NCBI GenBank assembly: GCA_964016885.1
Contig: OZ024740.1
Span: forward strand, 172,546,001-172,610,000
Origin: Eledone cirrhosa
Lineage: Eukaryota
Direction of reading: 5' to 3'
DNA length: 64,000 nt
Shown here piece by piece: positions 50,788 to 62,675 of this stretch. The notes under the pieces were generated by a model, which was not told the origin of the DNA, searched no databases, and saw nothing but the letters and a program-made list of their open reading frames with translations. Made by a program: the position numbers and the translations under genes. Position 1 is the stretch's first letter. Every line of letters begins with the position of its first letter.

Positions 50788-52605
50788 CAACCAACCATCC
50801 AACCATCCACTCAACCATCCAACCATTCAACAATTCATCCAATCAAACGTCCAATCATCAACCATCCAACCAACCAACCAGCAATCAACCAACCAACCTA
50901 CCATCAAACCAAACAACCATCCATCCAAACATCCAAACAATCAACCAACCAATCATCCAACAAACCAACAAACCAGCCAACCAACCAGCCCACCAGCCAT
51001 CCAACCATCCAACCAACCACCCATCCAATCATCCAACCAAACAATCAACCAACCAACCAAACAACCAACCAACCACCCAACCAATCAACCAACCAACCAT
51101 CTAACCAACCATCCAACAATCCAACCAACCAACCATCTAACGAACCATCCAACCATCCAACCAAAAATCCAACCATCCAACCAAACAATCATCCAACGAA
51201 CCATCCAACCAACCATCCAACCAACCAACCATCCAACCAACCAACCAACCATCCAACCAACCATCCAACCAATTTACCAACCAACCAACCAACCAACCAT
51301 CCAACCAACCAACCATCCAACCATCCAACCAACCATCTAACCATCCAACCAACCAACAATCCAACCATTCAACCATCCAGCCAACCATCCAACTAACCAT
51401 CCAACCATCCAACCAACCAATCATCCAACCAACCGTCCAATCATCCAACCAAGCATCAACCACTAACCACCCATCCAACCAACCATTCAACCATCCAACC
51501 AACCAACTAACCAACCATCCACCTAACCAACCAACCATCCAACCAACCAAATAACCATCCAACCATCCAACCAACCAACCAACCATCCAACCAACCATTC
51601 AACCATCCAACCATCCAACCCACCAACCATCCAACCAACCAACCAACCATCCAACCAACCAACCAACCAACCAACCATCCAACCAACCAACCAACCATCC
51701 AACCATCCAACCAACCAACCAACCATCCAACCATCCAACCAACCAACCAACCATCCAACCATCCAACCAACCAACCAACCAACCATCCAACCATCCAACC
51801 AACCATCCAACCATCCAACCATCCAACCAACCAACCATCCAACCAACCATCCAACCATCCAACCATCCAACCATCCAACCATCCAACCATCCAACCAACC
51901 AACCATCCAACCAACCATCCAACCATCCAACCATCCAACCAACCATCCAACCATCCAACCAACCATCCAACCATCCAACCAGCCAACCATCCATCCATAC
52001 AACCATCCAACCATCCAACCCACCAACCAACCCACCAACCATCCATCAACCATCCAACCAACACACAACCATCCAACCAAACATCCAACTATCCAAACAT
52101 CCATCTAACCAACAAACCAACCAATCATCCATCCAACCATCCAACCAACCATCCAAGCCACCAACCATCCAACCAACCATCCAACCATCCAACCACCCAA
52201 CCACCAAACCATCCAACCAACCAACCATTCAACCAACCAGCCCACCAGCCCACCAGCCATCCAACCATCCAACCATCCAACCAGCCATCCAACCACCCAA
52301 CCATCCAACCAACCACCAACCATTCAACCAACCATTCAACCAACCATCCAACCATCCATCCAACCATCCAACCAACCGTCAAGCCATCAACCATCCAACC
52401 ATCCATCAACCATTCAACCATCCAACCATCCAACCATCCACCGACCATTCAACCAACCATCCAACTAACCATCCACCAACCATTCAACCATCCATCCAAC
52501 CATCGAACCAACCGTCAAGCCATCAACCATCCAACCATCCAACCATTCATCCAACCATCCAACCATCCAACCATCCATCTAACTATACAACCATCCAACC
52601 TGTTC
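50788..52605. repeat. About 1.8-kb compound (CCAA)n/(CCAT)n satellite
   Basis: A mosaic of CCAA and CCAT tetramers, purest in the centre and degenerate at the edges. Confidence 0.97.
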
Positions 52606-53084
52606 ACCCACTAATACAAACAAACAAACAACATGATCCAGTAATTTGAATGTATATTGTAGCCCCTATCAGATTACTCATTAACCACCCACTTGGGCCA
52701 AAACCTGTCTCAGGGAAAGCTTTTCGTACCAAACCTTAATGTGGGCCGAATTTCCTCCCGGATCTAAAATATTAATACCACCAGTGACAATAACAATAAG
52801 TAAATAAATATAATTACAGCGACATTGTAAACAACCGCACTTTTTTGTAAACACACGCACTCCTCTCCTTACATACATTATACACACATACACCACTCAC
52901 ACACGAATACGAGGACGAATATACTCAAAAACACACATTAAGCATATTACACACATACTTATATATTACACGCATATTGTCACATGTACATATATTAGGG
53001 CCTTACCCTAACACAATGTTTCTCACGACCACCAACACGTGCAAGCCTTAGGTTTATTAAATATATTATTCACATAGGTGATTC

Positions 53085-53166
<82 letters not shown>

Positions 53167-53457
53167 GTGCATACTCGCACACATACACACATTCATTAGA
53201 CATATTACGGAGACATGCACACGCACACACGTTAGACATATTACGCGACATACACACATGCATTCCCATACACACACGCGCGCGCGAGCAGTCGCGCGAG
53301 CAGTGGCGTGATGCATTTAACAGAAGTGTCTCATATTTTTTACCATCAGATATCATTGACTTTAAAACGTTAAATGAAATCGATTTGCTGATAACATTTG
53401 ACATTGCAAAGTAAAATTGTTTAGCCATATCTTTATTGTTAGTCATAGCGGAAGTAA

Positions 53458-53610
53458 GCGGTGAATTGGCAGAGTTGTTGCGGCGTCGGATTCGTCCTGC
53501 TTCACTGCCTTCTGAGTTCATATCCCACCTAGGGCAACTTTGTCTTTCATCCCCTCGGGGTCGATAAATAAAATACCAGTTTAATACTGAGTCGATTATT
53601 CTTCCTTACC
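53458..53610 (+). mobile_element. Old S1-related SINE
   Basis: TGGCAGAGTTG..GAGTTCATATCCC..CTTTCATCCCCTCGGGGTCGATAAA. Another old copy lies at about 54020-54175 (-). Confidence 0.6.
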
Positions 53611-54189
53611 ACTTTCTATCGCGTACTCCCACTCTCCATCTCTGGAAGAAATCGTCTGTGCTCCAGCCAGGGGAGATATGGGCTTTACACGCTTACGACA
53701 CACCTCTACCATTCCAGGACTGTTTATTTTTTCCACGACCGAAGCAAAACCTTTTCTTCTTCTTCTTCTTCTTCTTCTTCTTCTTCTTCTTCTTCTTCTT
53801 CTTCTTCTTCTTCTTCTTCTTCTTCTTCTTCTTCTTCTTCTTCTTCTTCTTCTTCATGCGAATGAGGGTGAAAAGGGGGCTGGGTGGCTGGGGAAGGGGC
53901 AGTGGGGGAAAAGAGTAGTAGTAAGATTGGGAGGAAGTTGGAGTGGGAGAAGTGGTGGGTGAGAGAGGGTAGCAGGGAGAAAGTGAGGGTGAGAGAAAGA
54001 GAGGAAGGAAAGACTCGTCCTCAAGATGGTACTGGTGCTTTATCTAATCCATTGAACCCAAAAGGATGAAAGGCAAAGTTGAGCTCAGCCGGATTAGAAC
54101 CCAGAACACAGAACCGGAAGAGATAGCACAAATCATTTTATCCAACGGCATTTCGATTCTACCTATTCATTGCCTAAGTCAGGATTTGC

Positions 54190-54545
54190 GCCTATTCCCA
54201 TCGGCAAATCGGTTCAATGTCATTCTCTGACACACTCCAGCCTCGTCTACACAGACTTATTGGCTCTCACTCTGCCTCTTCGATCGTTACCACGACATTC
54301 TTGGGAGTTTGTTGAACTCATGCCACCCTTCACTCAGACACACCCGACTCACTTGTTTCTCAATTGTTCATCCCCCATGCTGTATCCTCCCTCACCTCAC
54401 CCTTATTCTTTGCACTAACTATTATGCCCAGTCGTTCCTGTTCAGAACGTCAACCACCTTGGAACCCCTTCTCTGCCCATGACTTTCCAAAACAAATGAA
54501 GCTACAAGAATCTAAACAGTACATCAACAGAATCAATCTCCTTCA
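54190..54545 (+). mobile_element. Decayed CR1/L2-group LINE 3' end
   Basis: Frameshifted SLCLFDRYH / ELMPP / HPHAV / WNP...FP....LQESK..IN, resembling a LINE post-RT C-terminus. Confidence 0.45.
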
Positions 54546-55270
54546 TATTCGAGAGTCTTTACAGGCCACGAACACTGTCACATATTCCAGACCTCTATAG
54601 TGAAACGAAATAGAAAAAAAATATATATTATATTTGAATCGACCATCATTCATGTGTTACCTAAGTGAGCAGTTTTTTCTGAGCTTATCTCTCTAACCAA
54701 ATGCATCATAATCGCATGATATTGTCGTGAATCTGTTATGGTAAAATGTGCAGAATTTGTAGGAAGTTGTTTGCCCTAAATTACATTGACAATAATATAT
54801 GATGTGGGTTACATTACGAAAACATCCTTCATGGTGTTCTTCGCCAATCAGCTTTGTTACAGACTGGTGTATCGGTGTAAAACGAGTAAGGAGGGGGGAA
54901 AGGAAGGTGTCATGTGACACTCACGTGCATATCTTAATACGAAAGAACAGATATCAATTCATATGTGTGTTCAGTTACTGGTATATGTGAGTGTGTATGT
55001 ATGTATGTTTATCAGTTCTTCTTTTGGGGTAAATGCATTCGATGTTCAGAGGGTAGGATTGGCCTCGTACAAAACCTTTCCTCACTTAAAGAAGCTTTAA
55101 AAACAGGCATCTCTCGATATATGACATCTTTTGCGATATATGGTATTGCTGGCCATAGACAAGTCCCTAGTTGGACTAAAAAGCCACGCCCGAGTTGCAC
55201 ATGCTTAAGTATCAAGTGATGGCATTACTCGAAATTGAGTTGCAGGTCATCATGTATGTATGTATGTATG

Positions 55271-55876
55271 TCAGGTCGCCAGTTGGTGCTACTGGTAACA
55301 TGTATCCCAGTACAACCTGTCTCATGGTCGGGTCGTTGGCGACTAAACTGGCAACCCCACCAAGGTTTCTTGGTGAGGAGGGTGACTTTGGACATCTTGC
55401 AGGACTAAAAACAAAACCTGTCAAAGGGCAAAGGAGCTCTTAAGAGTCAATGGCCATCCAAAATCATCGGGAGAGATGACCCCTTAGCTTTTGTCAAGGC
55501 AGAATTCTAGGAGAAGGAAAACTCTGATATAACACCTGCAACCCTGATGGTATCCAATGATGTTGACTTGTTCTTTTTTTTGGTAAATATCATCTTGGTT
55601 AAGAGAGTGGGACTGGCTTTGTGCAGTGCCTTTGCTCACTATAAAAGCTTCACGGCACAGGCATTGCTTTATATCTGGAGATCTCTCTGCACTTGTCGTC
55701 ACATGGTACCATGGGCCCAGCACTGTGTCAATAATTGTCACCAGTGTAGTGTTTGTACCAGAGTTTTCAAGTTGCTGGCTGGACTAAAAAGTCACACTCG
55801 TTCAGCGCATCAGTAGGGGTTCTCCTACATGGATATGAAGTAGTGGCCGTACTCGAAAACGTGTTGGCAGCCACCA
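55271..55876 (+). mobile_element. About 600-bp non-coding RTE-related retroposon in (ATGT)n
   Basis: Flanked on both sides by (TGTA)n, with a second copy at 21328-21839. It has a structured 5' end and the CTAGGAGAAGGAAAACTCTGA motif. Confidence 0.7.
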
Positions 55877-56229
55877 TGTATGTATGTATGTATGTATGTA
55901 TGTATGTATGTATGTATGTATGTATGTATGTATGTGAGTACGTATATGTCTGTGCGATTTCAAGATAGAAGTTTCAGATTGCGAGAAGCAAGCGAGGGAG
56001 AGAACTCGTTCAGTCTGAGCTGATTCAAGATCTTTTATAATATATCTAGGCAATGCAGCAGGAGTGAATTTTGGTTTTATGCCAAATCACTCCACGCAAC
56101 TGACCTGCAGTTACGTATACACAGGCATATGTTTTTCATAACGCTTACATTTTCACCATACTTATCTCCCCTTTCCAATGTATTTGTCTCTCGACATAGC
56201 TGATATTTGACCACATGTATTATTTCCTC

Positions 56230-56430
56230 TCGTCGGGGCGTCGGACACCAAGCTTTGCAGCATAGAGTTACGCCCCTTTATGATCTGAATTCAAATCCCG
56301 CCGAGGTTAACTTTGCCTTTCATCGTTACGGGGTCGATAAAATAAAGTACGAGTCACGCACTGGGGTCGATTTAAGCGACTTTCTCCTCCCCCAAATTTG
56401 CTGGCCTTATGCCTATATAAGAAACCATTA
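56230..56430 (+). mobile_element. SINE S1 copy
   Basis: B-box, core and tail are present. Confidence 0.8.
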
Positions 56431-56892
56431 TTTCCTCTCGTGCTTCTTTATGCCTGTCTCCTTTGTTTTCACCTAACAAAATTACCTCTTCCTACTTCTC
56501 TTCACATTCTTCAATTTAACATTGATCCGCAAACCATGCCCCGCTATATTCATTTTTATGATAACTAACGAGTATATGTATCCGTCGATATCAAGATTAA
56601 AACCCCAATACCCATAGACATGAGTCCTTCTTTTCAAGTTCCTATTAAGTTTCTATGATTAAGCTACCTTTATAATCATTTAATACTAGCATTCTCCCCC
56701 ACCCCATAAAGATGTGTTAACATCTTCCCCTGACTTTTAGAAAACACTTTTTATATGTTAGTAACAACATATAACATTACGTTCTTTTTTCATACAATAC
56801 ATGTGAACACAATTTATAATCTTTAATAATATATTCCTTTGAAATTTCAATCTAATATTAAACGAAATAGAATTTAAATACAATCTAAATAT

Positions 56893-56944
<52 letters not shown>

Positions 56945-57110
56945 GGGAAGAAGACGCACGAGGTGACGGAGGTCATGAAATCGCTCCCGTAAGTTTTGAA
57001 TTTTTAACATATTTAAATCATTTGTGAAATAACAACTGTTAGTACAAATGCTACGTAAAGCACCCGGCTTGAGCCCCAAAAAAATTCGGACCCAAAATAT
57101 ATTGTTATAA

Positions 57111-57759
57111 GGCTCAAATATTCAAATATTCAACTTTGTATTGTACACTGTATATCCAAAAAAAAATGGCTATAAATGGAAGAAGAAGAACCCCCCCCCT
57201 CCTCTCCTCTGGCTACACTATATAGGACAGCGAAACTCACCAACACCAGAAACTAGATACACCACCCATCCCATCATCTGTGTACACTAAACGCAACAGC
57301 ATTTTCACCTTCACCGCCACCGCTCACTACGGCCATCATTACCACCACTATCCCATCACCGCCGCCACCACCCCTTGACTCCTTCACTGCTGCTGCCACC
57401 GCTACAGCACCATCACTACAGTAATACGGCTCAAATATTCAAATATTCAACTTTGTATTGTACACTGTATATCCAAAAAAAAATAAATAAAATGGCTATA
57501 AATGGAAGACGAAGAACCCCCCCCCCCCCTCCTCTCCTCTGGCTACACTATATAGGACAGCGAAACTCACCAACACCAGAAACTAGATACACCACCCACC
57601 CCATCATCTGTGTACACTAAACACAACAGCATTTTCACCTTCACCGCCACCGCTCACTACGGCCATCATTACCACCACTATCCCATCACCGCCGCCACCA
57701 CCCCCTGACTCCTTCACTGCTGCTGCCACCGCTACAGCACCATCACTACAGTAATACGG
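57111..57759. repeat. Tandem duplication of a unit of about 320 bp
   Basis: GGCTCAAATATTCAAATATTCAAC starts at both 57111 and 57428. The two units are near-identical through ..CAGTAATACGG. Confidence 0.92.
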
Positions 57760-58119
57760 TCGCATCACCGCCACCACTGCCTCGGTATCGACATCACCAC
57801 CACCACTGTCTCAGTATCGCCAACGCCGCCAGTCTCTGCTGGCTACCACTTCCACATTATAGAATTCCTACTACTAACAAAGAGGAAGGCATCAAAATAT
57901 ATAGATAGACTCAAAAGAAAAAAGAAAAAACAAACAACAAAAGCAGCACAGCAACAACAGTAAAAAACGAGAAAAACAGAGAAAAACAAAAACAAAAAAA
58001 GAAACCCCAAAAACGTAAAGAAAATAAGAATGAAGAGAGAAGCAGGCGGACGGACAGAGAAGAGGGGGGAAAAAGTAAAACTTAAAAAACAAAAACTAAG
58101 TCAGACATTCGAATACTAC

Positions 58120-61100
58120 ATTACAATGAAACTTATGCTTATTCATTTTTGGGGCCCTTTCTGCCCGTGTGTTTGTTTGTTTATGTGTGTCCGTATACAG
58201 CGTGGTGATAATGCCACACAAGGGCCAAGTGGGATGGCGGATCCACAGATGGCTATGTAAACATACATTCGCCAATCCTCGATAAGAGTGTTTAAATATC
58301 GAACATAAACAGTTCGAATAACGGTGAAATGGAGACTAGAAGGTCATGTGACAGACTCTCACCCAACAGGTGCCCCCTGGCTCAGCAGCAGGAACCTGAC
58401 TGTCAACCAAATACTGCTGATGTTGGAGGAAGAAGAAGAAGGAAAGGGGCCAGAACCAACTGGACGAAAGAATTGAATAGAACTGTTATGCAATGCTACC
58501 TGAAAAGTAACCCCAAGGAGAGGGGCTACAGGAGACGGATGCATAACATCTGGAACGAGATTGGTTTATTTAAATTAGATGAACAAAAATTGGCCGGGCA
58601 GGCTCGGGTAATAAGAACTAATGGGTGGATAAGCGAGCTGGAACTGGAGGAACTGAGCAGAGAGAATGGCTTGGAGATGGCGGGTGTAGTATGCCAGACA
58701 AGCGAGCCGGCGGGAAATGAAGGTGAGGAGGTCCTGAGAACGGAGGAACCACCCGAAGCAGACAATGATCTGAATACTGAGATAAATAATACCTGGAACA
58801 GAGATACGGCCACTGAGGAGATGAATGCTGACGGGCTAGGACAAGATTCGGTTGACATCCTAAATTTAGTGGTAGATGAGTTGAACAATGATAGTGGGAG
58901 ACCTATGAACCTAAGATTTGTAGACAGGAAAAAGTTAAAAGAAACAACAGCTAAGGTAAACAAAGTCATCCCATACCTTGAGGCGAGGAGTCTTCACCAG
59001 TGCAACAATATCCTCAAAGCAACAGCAAATACGGTGAGGAAACTACTTGGTATAAAAGCGAGAGGAAACAACAGACAAGAAAGAGCAGAGCCGTGGTGGA
59101 AGAAGCGACTGAGTGGGCAAATCGGGGAAATGAGAAATGACATAGGAAAGCTTGAGTCACTACTGAATGGGACACTAAAAAACATAGGCACTAAAAATAG
59201 AATGGAAATAAAATACAAAACTAGGAGTAAAAAGCTAAATATTATCATAGAGGAATTGAAGCAACGCATTGTAGCAAAGAGTGCCAAAATCAGGCGATAC
59301 GAGAACAGAGTCAGTCAGTATAAACAGAACCGCATGTTCGACAGCAACCAGAAGATGCTGTTTGGACAGCTTGAGGGGAAAGAAAGAGGCAACGACTTGA
59401 TCCCTGGGGCGGAACAAGCTAAAACATTCTGGAGAGGAATATGGGAGCAGGATGTTAGACACAATGCCCAGGCAGGGTGGATTGAGACAGTACAGAGGGA
59501 GATCGGTGAGCAGGCACAGCAACAGACTGATTTGAGTATCACAGTTGAAACTCTTAAGGGGCAAGCCAAAAAACTAACCAACTGGAAATCACCAGGCCCA
59601 GATGGTGTGCAGGGGTATTGGATTAAACATTTAACATCCCTCCACCCGAAGCTGACGGCCATGTTCAATGACTGCTTGGTGTCGGGTGAGGTGCCAGAGT
59701 GGTTGACAAAAGGTACCACAGTTCTGATAATGAAAGACCGAATCAAGGGTAATGATGTTACCAACTATAGACCTATCACATGTCTGCCCGTAATGTGGAA
59801 ACTGTTGACGAGCATTGTGTCTGAGGAAATCTACCATCACCTCCACACAAACAACTTGTTGCCGGACGAACAGAAAGGATGCCGAAAGAAGTCACGTGGT
59901 ACAAAGGACCAGTTGCTTATTGATAAGATGGTAATGGGGAATTGCAGGAGGAGACACACTGATCTTGCCATGGGATGGATAGACTACAGAAAGGCATTTG
60001 ACATGGTGCCTCATTCCTGGATCACCAAAAGCCTGGAGATCTTCAGGGTGGCAGATAACATCAGACAGTTGCTGGGCAGGAGTATGGGGTCCTGGGAGAC
60101 AGAGTTGACATCAACTGGAGTATCCTTGGGAAGCGTGAAGATCAAGAGAGGTATCTTCCAGGGAGATAGCCTGTCCCCTCTGTTGTTTGTCCTTGCCCTG
60201 ATGCCCTTGACCATTATGCTGCGAAAAGTGAGAGCAGGATACAAGTTGGGAAGGGGAGAGCTTACCATCAATCACCTCCTCTTCATGGACGATCTTAAGC
60301 TCTTCGGGAAAAGTGAGAAGGAGTTGGATGTGCTTGTTGACACTGTCCGTATTTTCAGCAGTGATATATGTATGCAGTTTGGTATTGGTAAATGTGGAGT
60401 CATTGTGATGAGGAGGGGTAGGTTGAGCAGAAGTAACGGGATCCAGATACCAACAGGTGAGATGATAAAGGAAATTGACTCTGAGGAAGGATACAAGTAT
60501 CTGGGCGTTCTGGAGGCTGATGGCATAAAGAACAAAAAAATGAAGGAATTGTTAAGAACTGAATACATTCGGAGAGTAAGGAGCGTATTGAAGTCACATC
60601 TGAACAGCAGAAATGCCATAAGCGCAGTAAATTCCCGAGCTGTGTCTATTATTAGGTACAGTGCGGGAATTCTGAGATGGAATGTTGCTGAACAAAAAGA
60701 AATGGATAGGAAGACTAGGAAGCTATTGACTATCTACAACATGTTCCACAAGAGGAGTGATGTCGATAGACTCTACCTAAGGAGATCTGAGGGTGGAAGA
60801 GGTCTTATCAGCATAGAGGACTGTGTTCAGATGGAGAAAAACAACCTATACAAATACGTGACCTATAGTAAGGAGCCAATGCTCAGAGCTGTACTGAAGG
60901 AGGGGACAGTAGGCCAGGGGATACCCAAGGAGGAAATAACATCAAGGAGGAAGAGCAGCCTTAAGGGAAAATCCCTTCATAGTACCTTCTTTGAGAAAAC
61001 TGAATTTAGAGATCCACAGACATGGAACTGGTTGAGAAGAGGAGACCTCAAAAAGGCTACAGAAGGAATGCTAATGGCTGCGCAGGAGCAGGCCCTCAAA

Positions 61101-61831
61101 ACGAAGTGGTTGAAGCACCATATCTACAAGGAGGAGGCTAGCCCACTGTGCAGGATCTGTGGAGAGAGAGAGGAGACTGTGGCTCACATTGTGTCCGAGT
61201 GTAAACACCTAGCCCAGACCCACTATAAGGGCTGGAGACACGATGTGATGGGCAGGATGATCCACTGGCACCTGTGCAAAGTAAACAATCTACCACATTC
61301 TGAGAAATGGTATGAGCATAGGCCAGAGGCGTTGATGGAGAACAGTCAGGTGAAGGTGCTGTGGGATTTTAGGATACAGACGGACAAAAAACTGGAACAC
61401 AATAGACCTGACCTGGTGGTTGTGGACAAAGAAAAAAGATCGTGCCTGATTGTGGATGTGGCCTGCCCGTTCGACACGAGAGTGCAAGAGAAGGAGAGGG
61501 AGAAAATTAACCGATACCAGGACCTAAAGTGGGAGGTGAAAAGGATTTGGAACTGCCATGAAGTCAAAGTGATCCCGATTGTCATAGGCGCACTGGGGAC
61601 TATCTCCAAAGGTTTCCAGGGATGGTTAAAGAAAATCGGCCCCTTCACGCTTTTTGGAACGCTTCAAAAGGCATGCTTGCTTGGAACGGCAAGAACCCTC
61701 CGATACGTCCTGAATATCTGAGGCTGCAGGTAGTGGCTTGATATTCAATCCAACGGACTTTCCAGTTAACCAACATCAATGACTGAGATTCAAGGAATAA
61801 CAATAACAATAATAATAATAATAATAATAAT
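58120..61831 (+). mobile_element. Probably full-length R4/Dong LINE with (TAA)n tail
   Basis: Single intact ORF, a short 3' UTR and an (AAT)n tail at 61796-61831. The 5' boundary is approximate. Confidence 0.85.
58329..61721 (+). CDS. Intact R4/Dong-clade non-LTR retrotransposon protein (RT, CCHC and restriction-like endonuclease), 1130 aa
   Basis: N-terminal WT.E.N...M.CY..RGYRRRM..IW; WKSPGPDGV, NYRPITCLP, WIDYRKAFDMVPH, RGIFQGDSLSPLLF, LFMDDLK, YKYLGV, GGRGL; CRICG..ET..HI..EC, RHD, HNRPDLVV..IVDVACP.D and IVIGALG. Confidence 0.95.
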   Translation: METRRSCDRLSPNRCPLAQQQEPDCQPNTADVGGRRRRKGARTNWTKELNRTVMQCYLKSNPKERGYRRRMHNIWNEIGLFKLDEQKLAGQARVIRTNGWISELELEELSRENGLEMAGVVCQTSEPAGNEGEEVLRTEEPPEADNDLNTEINNTWNRDTATEEMNADGLGQDSVDILNLVVDELNNDSGRPMNLRFVDRKKLKETTAKVNKVIPYLEARSLHQCNNILKATANTVRKLLGIKARGNNRQERAEPWWKKRLSGQIGEMRNDIGKLESLLNGTLKNIGTKNRMEIKYKTRSKKLNIIIEELKQRIVAKSAKIRRYENRVSQYKQNRMFDSNQKMLFGQLEGKERGNDLIPGAEQAKTFWRGIWEQDVRHNAQAGWIETVQREIGEQAQQQTDLSITVETLKGQAKKLTNWKSPGPDGVQGYWIKHLTSLHPKLTAMFNDCLVSGEVPEWLTKGTTVLIMKDRIKGNDVTNYRPITCLPVMWKLLTSIVSEEIYHHLHTNNLLPDEQKGCRKKSRGTKDQLLIDKMVMGNCRRRHTDLAMGWIDYRKAFDMVPHSWITKSLEIFRVADNIRQLLGRSMGSWETELTSTGVSLGSVKIKRGIFQGDSLSPLLFVLALMPLTIMLRKVRAGYKLGRGELTINHLLFMDDLKLFGKSEKELDVLVDTVRIFSSDICMQFGIGKCGVIVMRRGRLSRSNGIQIPTGEMIKEIDSEEGYKYLGVLEADGIKNKKMKELLRTEYIRRVRSVLKSHLNSRNAISAVNSRAVSIIRYSAGILRWNVAEQKEMDRKTRKLLTIYNMFHKRSDVDRLYLRRSEGGRGLISIEDCVQMEKNNLYKYVTYSKEPMLRAVLKEGTVGQGIPKEEITSRRKSSLKGKSLHSTFFEKTEFRDPQTWNWLRRGDLKKATEGMLMAAQEQALKTKWLKHHIYKEEASPLCRICGEREETVAHIVSECKHLAQTHYKGWRHDVMGRMIHWHLCKVNNLPHSEKWYEHRPEALMENSQVKVLWDFRIQTDKKLEHNRPDLVVVDKEKRSCLIVDVACPFDTRVQEKEREKINRYQDLKWEVKRIWNCHEVKVIPIVIGALGTISKGFQGWLKKIGPFTLFGTLQKACLLGTARTLRYVLNI

Positions 61832-61832
61832 G

Positions 61833-62660
61833 ATTTCTTTATTAACCACAAGGGTTTACATAAAGTAGACATTAAGGACAGTGCCGGACAATACAGGACG
61901 GTACAAATGGGCATTTCTGCGTGTAAAAAACAAAAACAGAGTATGTAACAAAAAATAACAATGAAAAATTCCCCAATAGGGGGGAGACTTCCGAGGGACA
62001 TTTGTGGAGAAAGCCCATTAAAAAGCTACAGTGACCCTGACCACCAGAAAAACATTACAGACGGCACTGGACGGTACAGGGCGGTACGATGTGGGTTTTG
62101 TGCGTGTAAAGATTTTTATTATTTATATAAGAAACGAAAGAGAAAAAAAACATAGAAACATATATATATATATATATAAACAATAAAAATGAAAAGTCAA
62201 ACAATGAAAAATTCCCCAATAGGAAAAATATCCTCCGATGGTTACTCGTGGCGAAAACCACACAAAAGACCACGGCCACCATGACCACCAGGGCAAGCGC
62301 CCTCTCTCAATTTTTTCCTATTCTTCAAACTACAAGCGTATATTCATAGCGGTCTCGTTCACTCGGACCATTCTCGCTACATTCACCCACCTTTCCACAA
62401 ACTTGCTAGAAGACAGCACTTGCCTCTCTACCCTGATTTTCCTCTTCAAGTGAAACTTGAAAAAGTTAATCAGGGATTCCCCGAAGAGGAAAGTGTCTGT
62501 CTTTAACCCTTTCAACCTTTTCCACCACACAATCTCTTTCGCCATGGCCACCAGGCAGATGAAAACAGCCTGCCCTCCCTCCTCGAAGGAAGAAGGCGAG
62601 ACCTTCTGCACAATGGACTCAGTCGATAACCGGATTGGCATAGCTCCACAAGTCAGAAAA
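61833..62660 (-). mobile_element. Tx1-like LINE 3' fragment, tail-to-tail with the Dong element
   Basis: ORF 62330-62641 (IRLSTESIV..AVFICLVAMAKEIVWW.RLKGL..ERWVNVARM) is a diverged homologue of the 27600 ORF C-terminus. The 3' UTR is partly duplicated and ends AATAAAGAAATCA(TTA)n. Confidence 0.85.
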
Positions 62661-62675
62661 TTATGAATGTTGGGT

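Noticed and set aside
51137-52448. MVGW/LDGW repeat proteins
   Set aside because: Several frames are open simply because the (TTGG/ATGG) satellite lacks stop codons.
58150-58330. HDV-like ribozyme in the Dong 5' UTR (TCCTCG, TCGAAC/GTTCGA hairpin)
   Set aside because: I could not build P1, P3 and P1.1 consistently. A descriptor search is needed before claiming it.
58359-61648. Multiple antisense ORFs over the LINE (likewise 27917-29592 over the Tx1)
   Set aside because: They are shadow frames of the real RT ORFs.
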